64,000 bases of DNA from Bacteroidia bacterium (GTDB taxonomy: Bacteria > Bacteroidota > Bacteroidia > UKL13-3): assembly GCA_025454875.1 (NCBI GenBank), contig JALONP010000009.1:65696-129695 (forward strand), given 5' to 3'. A program made the translations under genes and the position numbers. How positions within the stretch are numbered: position 1 is the stretch's first letter; each line of letters starts with the position of its first letter. Positions 48,665 through 57,893 of the stretch are shown here, piece after piece. A model generated the notes under the pieces. It searched no databases. It was not told the DNA's origin and was given only the letters and a program-made list of their open reading frames with translations.

Positions 48665-51045
48665 TTGTTGGTTAATTCAATTATTGCCACATCATTGTCG
48701 TTAAGTTCAATGCTGTACGAGTTGGTATTTACATTTAATTGTTGCCCGAAAATGGAACGAATTGTAGCATTATCCGTATTTTTTGGAATGGTAAATATAC
48801 CTCCTTGTTTGCTAAACAAAACCCAAACCTTTTTACCCATATACTCACGTTCATATGCCAAGCACTTGGCGCTTACGGGCAGCCATCTAAACTCTCCATA
48901 AACCAATGCAAGGTTTGATTGCCTGAGGCCAGTGAGTACTTTTACTTTTTCAATAAGTTGTTGCTGAGATTCGTTTAACCCATCAAACTGCATTATGCGT
49001 CTGTTATCAGGGTCGTTTCCGCCAGGCATTGCATATTCATCACCATAATAAATTACTGGGATGCCGGGTATGGTAAAGTTAAAAGCCATCAGTTGCAACA
49101 TACGGTTATACCCAAGTTCATTTGCATTGGTAATGGTGCGGCTCCAACCTGCAAGTTTAGCATCTTCACCAGGTTGAATGCTCCCATCGGCAATAGAAGC
49201 AAATCTTGGCCTATCTTGATTTCCTGAAATATTTCCCATTAAATGATGCCAGCCATAATAATCAAAACTTTGCAACACTGTTTTTTTGAGTGGCTCCCAA
49301 TGCTGGGTGTCGTTTTGTGATGGTAATGCAAAAGCATTGATAGCTGCATCGTATAAATTAAAATCAAACTGCGCATCCATTTGCCCACTGTTCACGTAAG
49401 AGGCAATTAAATCGGGGCTCCCATAGGTTTCACCAATTTGGTAAAAGCGAGTGCTTGTAGGTTTGAGCACGACACGTTTTTTGATTTTGTAAGTTAACAA
49501 GCGCCAAAATTCCTCAGGAACATGTTTGCTCGCATCATGTCTAAAACCATCAATATCATAATTGTTTACCCAAAACAAAATGCTATCAGAAATTGCTTCA
49601 CGCACCTCGTTACGCTGCAAATCTAGTGTTGGCAAAAAGGTATCAAACCATGTGGTGAGTCGGTGGTCGTCCCAACGTTCTGTATTTAAGGTGCCATCAG
49701 GAAGTCTTAGAGAAGTAACCCAATCAGGGTGCTTTTGGTAAAGCGGGTGATCAGTATGAACATGGTGTGCAACAAAGTCGAGCACAATATTCAACTCCTT
49801 GCTGTGTGCATCCGTAATTACATTTTTAAATTGGCTTGAAGTACCAAAGCGCTCATCAATTAATGAATAAGATGTAGGCCAATAGCCATGATAGGCAGAA
49901 AATTTGGTTGTTACGTTTTTGTTCCAATAGCCCCAAGCTCCTTTTGCATTCTGTGAAATAGGCGAAAGCCAGAGGGTGTTCACCCCAAGTTGGGTGAAGT
50001 AATTACTGTTTATTTTTTGCTGAATGCCTTGCAAGTCGCCACCTAAAAATTGAGCAGGAGGAAGCACACTGTCTAAGGGTTTTGGATCGTTAAGCGGGTT
50101 TCCATTAGCAAATCGATCCACCATCATAAAATACATGATATTACGGTGAAGGTCTTGTCTTGTAAGAGTGGTTGTTTCACTGGTAATTACATTACCATAC
50201 TCAAGTGGTATTAATAAATCATTGCCAGCTTTGTATTGGTTACATGTAAAAACGCGGATATGTGAACGTTTTTCATTCTTTGCTTTTTCGGGTATTTTCA
50301 ACGCAATGCGACCCGATACAGGAACTTGGCCTTTGCTTATAAGATGGTTGTTGCAGTAAGCCAAATAAAACAAGGCATTTGTAAATTGAAGCGTGAGCTC
50401 TTGGTTTGTGTACGATGCGCTCACTTCGGGCATTCTGGTTTCGGGGTTTCCAACAACCAGTTGTGCATTGTTTCCACCCATTCCATTTGGCACAAGTGTG
50501 GCGTTGGTTGGGTTGGTTTCTGCGCCATTTACCACTAATTTGTATTGGTGGTAACCTTCATTTGCTTGAAGGTTATTTACTTCCCATTTGCGAGTAGGTA
50601 ATTTACCAATGGGTTTCGCAAGGGTTGTGTCTGGAACCCATGCATTAAAGGTACCTTTGATTGCCACAGATTTAGCAGGTTGCGGTGTTTCAAAAACAAA
50701 ACTAACGGCAACCATCCTTGTATTTCTGCATGGAATATCGTAATCAGCTCCTAACAATTTAAATTGAATATTATCAAACGGACGCATCAATTTTCCTTTG
50801 ATATAAAAGGCGTCAGGTGTTTCTTTTATAACTGTTAAACCATCGGGCCATTTCACCTTCATAATGGGTGTGTTAAATGGGAAATAGTCTGTTTTGTAAA
50901 AAACGGATTGGTTGGGTTGTATTGCAAACGGACTTGCCAATCCATAAACTGCATTTTGTGCGTACGTTTGGTTAATACACACTATCCATAATGCAATTAC
51001 AACGCTATTTGCAAAGTATTTACTCATTGTTTTGCGCAGTATCAT
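48661..51045 (-). CDS. GH13-family enzyme with N-terminal beta-sandwich domains (pullulanase/amylase-like, 794 aa).
   Basis: Signal peptide. Motifs LDFVAHHVH, DGFRHDASKH, YGDEYAMPGGNDPDNRR. Confidence 0.75.
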   Translation of the reverse strand: MILRKTMSKYFANSVVIALWIVCINQTYAQNAVYGLASPFAIQPNQSVFYKTDYFPFNTPIMKVKWPDGLTVIKETPDAFYIKGKLMRPFDNIQFKLLGADYDIPCRNTRMVAVSFVFETPQPAKSVAIKGTFNAWVPDTTLAKPIGKLPTRKWEVNNLQANEGYHQYKLVVNGAETNPTNATLVPNGMGGNNAQLVVGNPETRMPEVSASYTNQELTLQFTNALFYLAYCNNHLISKGQVPVSGRIALKIPEKAKNEKRSHIRVFTCNQYKAGNDLLIPLEYGNVITSETTTLTRQDLHRNIMYFMMVDRFANGNPLNDPKPLDSVLPPAQFLGGDLQGIQQKINSNYFTQLGVNTLWLSPISQNAKGAWGYWNKNVTTKFSAYHGYWPTSYSLIDERFGTSSQFKNVITDAHSKELNIVLDFVAHHVHTDHPLYQKHPDWVTSLRLPDGTLNTERWDDHRLTTWFDTFLPTLDLQRNEVREAISDSILFWVNNYDIDGFRHDASKHVPEEFWRLLTYKIKKRVVLKPTSTRFYQIGETYGSPDLIASYVNSGQMDAQFDFNLYDAAINAFALPSQNDTQHWEPLKKTVLQSFDYYGWHHLMGNISGNQDRPRFASIADGSIQPGEDAKLAGWSRTITNANELGYNRMLQLMAFNFTIPGIPVIYYGDEYAMPGGNDPDNRRIMQFDGLNESQQQLIEKVKVLTGLRQSNLALVYGEFRWLPVSAKCLAYEREYMGKKVWVLFSKQGGIFTIPKNTDNATIRSIFGQQLNVNTNSYSIELNDNDVAIIELTNK

Positions 51046-53356
51046 GGTGGTGTGAAATGTTCACTGTTTCACCTTGTTTAAGTGTGTGTGAATTGCCTTT
51101 AACACTGATTTCGATCGAATCACCCGTTAACAACTCTACTTGCAATAGTTGTTTTGAGATAGTGGCTTTTACTACTTTTCCTCTAAACCGAATGCTAAAT
51201 GAAAATGATTCCCATTGGGTTGGAATCATTGGTTCAAAATGCAACTTGCCATTGCGCACGCGCAATCCACCAAAACCTTGCACAACACTCATCCAGGTTC
51301 CAGCCATGCTTGTTATATGCAATCCTTCGTGCACTTCATGGTTGTAATCATCCAAGTCGAGTCGAGAGGTGCGCAGATACATTTCGTAGGCTTTTTGTTC
51401 ATAGCCCAATTTTGCTGCGAGTATAGCATGTACGCAAGGCGACAAAGAACTTTCGTGAACGGTGCGAGGTTCATAAAAATCAAAATTACGCTTCAGAGTT
51501 GCGGTGTCAAACTGATCTTCAAAAAAATACAAGCCTTGCAATACATCTGCTTGTTTAATAAAGCACGACCTTAAAATGCGGTCCCAACTCCAATGTTGAT
51601 TTATTGGGCGTTCTTTTGGGTTTAAGGAACTTGCGAGTTGTTGTTCTTTATCAAGGTATCCTTCTTGTTGCAAGAAAATCCCAAGGTCTGCATCCATTGG
51701 GTAATACATGTTTTCGCAAATATGCTTCCATTCGGCAAGTTCCTTTGTTTCGTCAAGGGCGGTCTTTAAAACCAATGCTTTGTAAGCGGTAGGATACTGT
51801 TCTTTTACTTCGGCAATAGCCTGCGTGGCATACTGCATGCACCAAGTTGCAATATAGTTGGTATACCAGTTGTTGTTAACGTTGTTTTCGTATTCGTTTG
51901 GTCCCGTAACGCCATGCATTACAAATTGTTTCTTTGCTTCGCTCCAATGAATGCGTTGCGACCAAAAACGAGCAATGGCAATAAGTACTTCGGTCCCACC
52001 TTCCCACAAATACGAATGATCGCCAGTATACTGAATATAATTGTAAATGGCATATGCGATGGCACCATTACGGTGAATTTCTTCAAATGTAATTTCCCAC
52101 TCGTTGTGACATTCTTCACCATTCATGGTAACCATTGGATACAGCGCAGCACCTTTGGTAAATCCTAGTTTGGCTGCATTTTCAATTGCTTTGGGTAGTT
52201 GGTTGTAACGGTATTGCAACAACTGCCTTGCAACTTTTTGGTGGTTGGTACCTAAGTAAAATGGAATACAATATGCTTCTGTATCCCAATAGGTAGAGCC
52301 ACCATACTTTTCTCCAGTAAATCCTTTCGGACCTATATTTAACCTGTGGTCTTTGCCTGTGTAGGTTTGGTTTAGTTGCAAAATATTAAAGCGAATGGCT
52401 TGCTGAGCTGCAATGTCGCCTTTGATTTCAATATCACACTGTTCCCACAATTGTTCCCAAGCCAAAGCGTGCTCATTGCGAAGTTGGGTATATCCTTTGC
52501 GAAGGGCCGTATCAATATTTTGGTTACAGGCATCTTTCAACTGTGCATCTGAGTAATACATACTTGAAACCACTGAAACATATTTCTGCACCTCAAACGT
52601 TTCCCCTTCGGCAATTGCAGTAGCAACAGAGAACGCAGCAAATTTTTCTTTTTTAACAGCAGATGGAACCAATTGGATTGGGGTTCCATTTTTTGAATAT
52701 GTTGCGGTAAAACCAGCTACTACCTCAAAGCCCAACTTTTTGGTACGTACAGCAACAAATGCCCTATTGCCTGTAATGGTTTCACTAATGGGGTCCCAAA
52801 ATGTTTGGTCGTAATTGGCATCTTTGTTTTTTACATCACCATTTACCGAAGTGGTACAGGTTATAGTATCGTTAAAATTGCGGGCTTTTACATGGTAACG
52901 AATGCAGCCTATTTCATCATCAACTCGGCTTAAAAAACGTTCGGTTTGCACTTCTATTTCTTTGCCCGAAGGAAAAACAGCAATGAACTTACGCGACAAT
53001 AGCGCATGTTGCATATCCAATTTGCGTTCAAACTCCCGAACTTTACAGGTGTATAAATCCAATCGTTCACTTCCTATTTGAATGTCTATACCCAGCCAAT
53101 TAGGACTATTGAGCACTTTGGCAAAGTATTCGGGGTAACCATTTTTCCACCAACCCACTCTTGTTTTGTCAGGATAATACACTCCTGCTATGTATGATCC
53201 TTCGAGCGAAGGTCCACTATAGTATTCTTCAAACATAGCACGTTGGCCCATTTTGCCATTACCGATGCTAAAAATGCTTTCGCTGCTTTCATGCATTGAT
53301 GGGTCAAATCCGTTTTCAATGATATTCCACGCTTCTTCTGTATAGTACTTTTTCAT
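51020..53356 (-). CDS. GH65 maltose phosphorylase (disaccharide phosphorylase).
   Basis: The N-terminus MKKYYTEEAWNIIENGFDP...ESIFSIGNGKMGQRAMFEEYYSG...YPDKTRVGWWKNGYPEYFAKV closely parallels characterised maltose phosphorylases. 778 aa. Confidence 0.9.
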   Translation of the reverse strand: MKKYYTEEAWNIIENGFDPSMHESSESIFSIGNGKMGQRAMFEEYYSGPSLEGSYIAGVYYPDKTRVGWWKNGYPEYFAKVLNSPNWLGIDIQIGSERLDLYTCKVREFERKLDMQHALLSRKFIAVFPSGKEIEVQTERFLSRVDDEIGCIRYHVKARNFNDTITCTTSVNGDVKNKDANYDQTFWDPISETITGNRAFVAVRTKKLGFEVVAGFTATYSKNGTPIQLVPSAVKKEKFAAFSVATAIAEGETFEVQKYVSVVSSMYYSDAQLKDACNQNIDTALRKGYTQLRNEHALAWEQLWEQCDIEIKGDIAAQQAIRFNILQLNQTYTGKDHRLNIGPKGFTGEKYGGSTYWDTEAYCIPFYLGTNHQKVARQLLQYRYNQLPKAIENAAKLGFTKGAALYPMVTMNGEECHNEWEITFEEIHRNGAIAYAIYNYIQYTGDHSYLWEGGTEVLIAIARFWSQRIHWSEAKKQFVMHGVTGPNEYENNVNNNWYTNYIATWCMQYATQAIAEVKEQYPTAYKALVLKTALDETKELAEWKHICENMYYPMDADLGIFLQQEGYLDKEQQLASSLNPKERPINQHWSWDRILRSCFIKQADVLQGLYFFEDQFDTATLKRNFDFYEPRTVHESSLSPCVHAILAAKLGYEQKAYEMYLRTSRLDLDDYNHEVHEGLHITSMAGTWMSVVQGFGGLRVRNGKLHFEPMIPTQWESFSFSIRFRGKVVKATISKQLLQVELLTGDSIEISVKGNSHTLKQGETVNISHHHDTAQNNE

Positions 53357-53373
53357 GTTCGCGTTATCTGCAT

Positions 53374-54039
53374 TTATCGAAATATAGGTAAATCAACTAA
53401 TTGTTGGTACGAGAAATTTTCAAGTGAAGGAATCACAAAATGCGCTTTTTCAAGGGTTCTTGCATCGCCCAATCCGATAGCATAAAATCCCCCTGCAATG
53501 GCTGCTTCTATACCACTTATTGCGTCTTCAAAAACCACGGTTTCGGCAGGGCTGCATTGCAGCTGCTGCGCACCTTTTACAAATACTTCAGGATGGGGTT
53601 TTGAGTTTGTTGTATGCCTACCATCTACAATGGTGTCAAAGTAGTTCACAATTCCAGTTTTATCTAAAATGAGTTGCGCATTCTTGCTTGAAGACCCCAA
53701 GCCAATTCGAATGCCATGTGTTTTAAGTTCGGCTAAAAATGAGACAACATTTGGCAACAATTCATTTTGTTGCATACCCGATACCAATTCTAAGTACCAC
53801 TCATTTTTAATATCCATCCATTGTTGCCGTTGTGTTTGGTTTGATTGGATGTTCCCCTTGTTTAAGATATAAGCCAACGAATCTACACGGCTTACTCCTT
53901 TTAATTGTTCGTTATCGTGTTCAGTAAATGGCACGCCTAAACTCTCTGCCAATCGTTTCCAGGCAGCATAATGGTATTTAGCTGTGTCTACCAACACACC
54001 ATCCAAGTCGAACAAACAAGCTTTAATCTTGCTAAACAT
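53374..54039 (-). CDS. pgmB: Beta-phosphoglucomutase.
   Basis: MFSKIKACLFDLDGVLVDTAKYHYAAWKRLAESLG...NEQLKGVSRVDSL... matches the beta-PGM HAD pattern. Classic partner of GH65. Confidence 0.85.
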   Translation of the reverse strand: MFSKIKACLFDLDGVLVDTAKYHYAAWKRLAESLGVPFTEHDNEQLKGVSRVDSLAYILNKGNIQSNQTQRQQWMDIKNEWYLELVSGMQQNELLPNVVSFLAELKTHGIRIGLGSSSKNAQLILDKTGIVNYFDTIVDGRHTTNSKPHPEVFVKGAQQLQCSPAETVVFEDAISGIEAAIAGGFYAIGLGDARTLEKAHFVIPSLENFSYQQLVDLPIFR

Positions 54040-54898
54040 TTTGATTCAGGAAAACGTATTTTACATGGTATTGCACCAAGTGTTCAACAGGATGTTTAAT
54101 TATACTTCCAATGGTAATGCCCAAATTGGTAGCAGCTTCGTGTAACAACTCTGAAAAGTGATAAGCTACCGAACCTACAAAATGCACTTGTACATCCGCG
54201 TATTGCGGGTAACAACATACATGGTTTTGCAAAAACAAAGTCAGCCCTTCTAGTATTATCGGTTTAATATAGGGATGGTTTTTGTGTTTGCTAACAAATG
54301 GACTAAAGCTTGCCAAGTATACATTTGCGTGTGGTTTTTGGTATACGTTTTCAAAAATAATCGCTTTTGAAAGCAAGTAGTGTTCTTCAAAATCCGCTTC
54401 AAGTTCTTTCGGCAGTTTTTTGTAGAGGTAATCGGCAAGTACCTTTTTGCCAAAATAACTTCCACTTCCTTCGTCACCTAGGATATAAGCTAACGCAGGC
54501 ACTTCTTCATACAATGTAGTGCCATCAAAGTAACAAGAGTTAGATCCTGTTCCAATAATGCAACTAATACAAGGTTTGCCTTGGTATGTTGCATATGCCG
54601 CTGCCACTAGGTCGTGGTCTACATGAATGCTTGCTTTATCAAATACCTTCATGAGACCGTGTGCAACAATTTGTTTATAGTGGTCGCTCGAACAACCTGC
54701 CCCGTAAAAAAATACTTCATTTACAATAGCAGCTGTTGCACTCAATGCTTCGTTTTTTAGAATTTGTTTTCCAATAAAGTCTGCATTGTGAAAAAATGGG
54801 TTAAATCCCATGGTGTCAAAGGTGTTAACGATTGAGCCGGCATCGTCCACCATTGCCCAATTGGCTTTTGTTGATCCGCTTTCAACTACAAATTTCAT
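54032..54898 (-). CDS. BadF/BadG/BcrA/BcrD-type ATPase, putative sugar (glucose/GlcNAc-type) kinase.
   Basis: ASKHA-fold motifs: N-terminal FVVESGSTKANWAM and central CIIGTGSNSCYFDG. 8-nt overlap with pgmB. Confidence 0.5.
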   Translation of the reverse strand: MKFVVESGSTKANWAMVDDAGSIVNTFDTMGFNPFFHNADFIGKQILKNEALSATAAIVNEVFFYGAGCSSDHYKQIVAHGLMKVFDKASIHVDHDLVAAAYATYQGKPCISCIIGTGSNSCYFDGTTLYEEVPALAYILGDEGSGSYFGKKVLADYLYKKLPKELEADFEEHYLLSKAIIFENVYQKPHANVYLASFSPFVSKHKNHPYIKPIILEGLTLFLQNHVCCYPQYADVQVHFVGSVAYHFSELLHEAATNLGITIGSIIKHPVEHLVQYHVKYVFLNQNV

Positions 54899-54964
54899 AA
54901 TTGCTTTTTAATAGTTGGCTGCAATGGGTATGCAACCGTAAATTCAAATATAGTTATTTGACTT

Positions 54965-54981
54965 AATGTACAAAGTACATT
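54965..54981 (+). promoter_or_regulatory. Palindrome AATGTAC-AAA-GTACATT in the divergent region between the kinase/GH65 operon and the Nudix-related regulator gene.
   Basis: Perfect 7-bp inverted half-sites seen directly. Nearby direct repeat TTTAAAACAC x2 at ~55025-55050. Confidence 0.3.
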
Positions 54982-55096
54982 TACTTAGTTTTTTTATTTT
55001 GGGAAGTTTGTTTATACTCGTAAATGAATTTAAAACACGCTGGTTTAAAACACTTTTGCCCACATCAAAAGTCCAGCGTATAAACCTATTTACTCA

Positions 55097-55816
55097 ATGT
55101 CAAATACCACATTTAAAAACCATATTTCGGTTGATTGCGTTATTTTTGGTTATAACGAAGAAGAAAACAAACTAGAGGTTCTTTTAATTGAACAAAAGGA
55201 ACCATCGCAAAACGGGGCTCATTCTTATATTCCACAATTTGCCTTGCCAGGCGATTTGGTGGACGAAGAAGAAAGTCTCGATGATGCAGCAGTGCGCGTA
55301 CTGAAAGAGCTCACCCATGTTGAAGGCTTACACTTAAGGCAATTTTACAGTTTTGGCGACCCAATGCGGGTGAAACAAGAAAAAGATATTGAGTGGTTAA
55401 AGTTTTACCGGAGTGATCCCAATGCACGCGTAATCACTGTTTCTTATTATACGTTGGTTCGCAAAGAAATGATTCAACCTTCACCAGGCTCTTTCGCAAA
55501 AACAGTTGTTTGGCGCAATATAAAGCGTGTACCTGCATTGGCGTTCGATCACAATCAAATTGTAAAAAGGGCCACAGATGATATTCGGGATCGCATTTAC
55601 CAAAATGATATTGCCCAACAATTGCTCCCCAAAAAATTCACCTTGAGGCAACTGCAAAATTTATATGAGGTAGTATTAAACACCGAATTTGATAAGCGCA
55701 ATTTCGTAAAACGGATTAAGAAAGACGAAGAACTTGTGGCGCTCAACGAAAAACAAAAGGGTGTAATGCACAAGCCTGCTCAGTTGTATACTTTTAAAAT
55801 GAAGAAGAAGAAATAA
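55097..55816 (+). CDS. Nudix-related transcriptional regulator (NrtR/AraR-like): degenerate Nudix domain plus a C-terminal winged-helix domain.
   Basis: Nudix-box remnant GDLVDEEESLDDAAVRVLKELTHVEG with a degenerate REx2EE. C-terminal ...FTLRQLQNLYEVVL... resembles the NrtR C-terminal DNA-binding domain. Divergent to the catabolic operon. Confidence 0.55.
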   Translation: MSNTTFKNHISVDCVIFGYNEEENKLEVLLIEQKEPSQNGAHSYIPQFALPGDLVDEEESLDDAAVRVLKELTHVEGLHLRQFYSFGDPMRVKQEKDIEWLKFYRSDPNARVITVSYYTLVRKEMIQPSPGSFAKTVVWRNIKRVPALAFDHNQIVKRATDDIRDRIYQNDIAQQLLPKKFTLRQLQNLYEVVLNTEFDKRNFVKRIKKDEELVALNEKQKGVMHKPAQLYTFKMKKKK

Positions 55817-55875
55817 GCATCTTGGTGCTTTTATCTAAACTGCCTTTATACTTTGTTTGTTTAAAGACGGATCAA

Positions 55876-56493
55876 TTATTTGCTCCATTTTTTAACCAAG
55901 CTGTTCAATTCATTCTGTGTGCTTACCGTTTTGTCTTTACTATACCAAGTGTACAGCATTGTTTTAAAGGCATGTAAATCTTGTACCGGATTTTTTTTGT
56001 ACTCCAATACCATTTCTTGCGCGGGGCCTGGTCTCGGACCCCATTTGCCAACCTCTTTCAATGTTTCAGTTTCTATGCAAATAAGCACAGGTATGGCTCT
56101 GCCGCCATTGGTGAGGTATTGATCCATCAGTGGTAAATTTTCGTCACGTAATATTAATTTCAAATCTATTTTACCTTTTGATGCAACTGTAATTGCATGC
56201 ATTACTGGAATATTTTGGGCAGCATCACCACACCAGGCTTCTGTTATTACCAGCCAAGTCCACCGTTTTTTTAAAGCCGATAATGTTTCTAAGAGTGTTT
56301 CCTTAAGCACCGTGGTTTTGTTCAGCCGTTCCATTCGGTGAAAATTTAATTTGGTGTATTCTACTAAATCGGCTGATTGGATTGGTCCAGTTGTTTTGCC
56401 TTCTTTAAGCAAGTCGTTCATAAGTGCCATGTAGGCCGTATAATCCATGGCTTTGGTAAGGTATGTTTCAAAAGAAGTTGCAGTGGTTGGCAT
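55876..56493 (-). CDS. Thioredoxin-fold family protein.
   Basis: ...WLVITEAWCGDAAQNIPVM... thioredoxin-like single-Cys motif. 205 aa. Confidence 0.45.
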   Translation of the reverse strand: MPTTATSFETYLTKAMDYTAYMALMNDLLKEGKTTGPIQSADLVEYTKLNFHRMERLNKTTVLKETLLETLSALKKRWTWLVITEAWCGDAAQNIPVMHAITVASKGKIDLKLILRDENLPLMDQYLTNGGRAIPVLICIETETLKEVGKWGPRPGPAQEMVLEYKKNPVQDLHAFKTMLYTWYSKDKTVSTQNELNSLVKKWSK

Positions 56494-56533
56494 GATTTAT
56501 TGAATTAGGTAATTCCTGATATGGGCTACAATA

Positions 56534-56791
56534 TTAACGTAATATACCCACTTGTTCAAAGCGTTCAAACACCATAGCTGTATGTGGCGCATCTTTGAGT
56601 TCATCGGTAAGGTCTTGTCCTGCCCAATGCTCATAATGTTTTCCGTTGCGCCATAAGCGGCTGTGGGTAACATCGTAAATAGCACCTTGGTATGCAATCC
56701 AAATTTCGGGCTTATCTTGTCCGTTCCGTAAGGCAAGTTGTGCCCGTGTATATGAAGGGAGTGTTGGCACGTTGTTTTTACTTCCAAGCAA
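56534..56791 (-). CDS. Cytochrome b5-like heme/steroid-binding domain protein.
   Basis: 85 aa. The pattern ...IWIAYQGAIYDVTHSRLWRNGKHYEHWAGQDLT... is typical of this small family. Confidence 0.4.
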   Translation of the reverse strand: MLGSKNNVPTLPSYTRAQLALRNGQDKPEIWIAYQGAIYDVTHSRLWRNGKHYEHWAGQDLTDELKDAPHTAMVFERFEQVGILR

Positions 56792-56794
56792 AAC

Positions 56795-57796
56795 TTAAGA
56801 TTTGTTCACAAATTGCTGTGCAACCAAATACTCGGCAATTTGAATTGCGTTGGTGGCGGCACCTTTGCGCAAATTGTCGGCAACAATCCACATATTAATA
56901 CCGTTGGGAATGGTTTCGTCTGCACGTATGCGGCCAACAAAAACATCGTCTTTACCATTAGCGTCTATTAAAGGCATAGGGTAGACAAAATTGGCAATAT
57001 CATCTTTAACTACCACGCCTTTTGTTTGGGCAAGCAACTTTTGTAGATCATTCGGGTTTACTGGATTGGCGCATTCAATATTCACACTCTCACTATGTCC
57101 CCCCATCACAGGTATGCGCACGCATGTTGCGGTTACCTGAACCGACTCATCACGTAAGATTTTTTTTGTTTCATTCACCATTTTCATTTCCTCTTTGGTA
57201 TATCCATTATCCATGAACACATCAATTTGAGGGATGGCATTTTTATCAATAGGGTATTTGTAAGCCATTTCGCCTTGTATACCGTTTCGTTCGTTTTCCA
57301 ATTGTTGCACTGCTTTTACACCTGTTCCCGTAACGCTTTGGTAAGTAGACACCACAATACGTTTAATGCCATACTGCTTGTGTATAGGATGAAGCACCAA
57401 TACCATTTGGATGGTAGAGCAATTGGGGTTGGCAATAATGAAATCGTTTTGGGTTAATACATCGGCATTTACTTCGGGTACAATTAGTTTTTTGGTTGGG
57501 TCCATTCTCCAAGCAGAAGAATTATCAATGACATATGTTCCAACTTCGGCAAATTTGGGCGCCCATTGCAAAGAAGTACTCCCGCCTGCCGAAAATAATG
57601 CAATATGAGGTTTAGCTGCAATGGCTTGTTCCATGTTGTGTACCTTATAACTTTTGCCTTTCCAAACCAACTCTTTTCCTACTGATTTTTCGGAAGCTAC
57701 CGGAATAAGTTCGGTAACGGGAAAATTTCGTTCGGCCAATACTTTTAACATGATGGTTCCCACTAGGCCAGTGGCACCTACTACTGCTACTTTCAT
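56795..57796 (-). CDS. asd: Aspartate-semialdehyde dehydrogenase.
   Basis: MKVAVVGATGLVGTIMLKVL... NAD(P)-binding N-terminus, active-site region ...IANPNCSTIQMVL.... ATG at 57796; the listed ORF is extended upstream. Confidence 0.85.
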   Translation of the reverse strand: MKVAVVGATGLVGTIMLKVLAERNFPVTELIPVASEKSVGKELVWKGKSYKVHNMEQAIAAKPHIALFSAGGSTSLQWAPKFAEVGTYVIDNSSAWRMDPTKKLIVPEVNADVLTQNDFIIANPNCSTIQMVLVLHPIHKQYGIKRIVVSTYQSVTGTGVKAVQQLENERNGIQGEMAYKYPIDKNAIPQIDVFMDNGYTKEEMKMVNETKKILRDESVQVTATCVRIPVMGGHSESVNIECANPVNPNDLQKLLAQTKGVVVKDDIANFVYPMPLIDANGKDDVFVGRIRADETIPNGINMWIVADNLRKGAATNAIQIAEYLVAQQFVNKS

Positions 57797-57860
57797 TTCA
57801 GAGTGTTTTACATTAACGCTGCAAAAATAAGGATATTCAATTGGTATTATAAGAGTAGTT

Positions 57861-57893
57861 ATTAAACATTGTGTATTAAACAAAATGTTTAAT
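57861..57893 (+). repeat. 33-bp element ATTAAACATTgTGtaTTAAACAAAATGTTTAAT containing the palindrome TTAAACA-AAA-TGTTTAA, downstream copy.
   Basis: Overlaps the stop codon of the ATPase gene. A near-identical copy lies at 59023-59055, in the same orientation. Confidence 0.6.
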
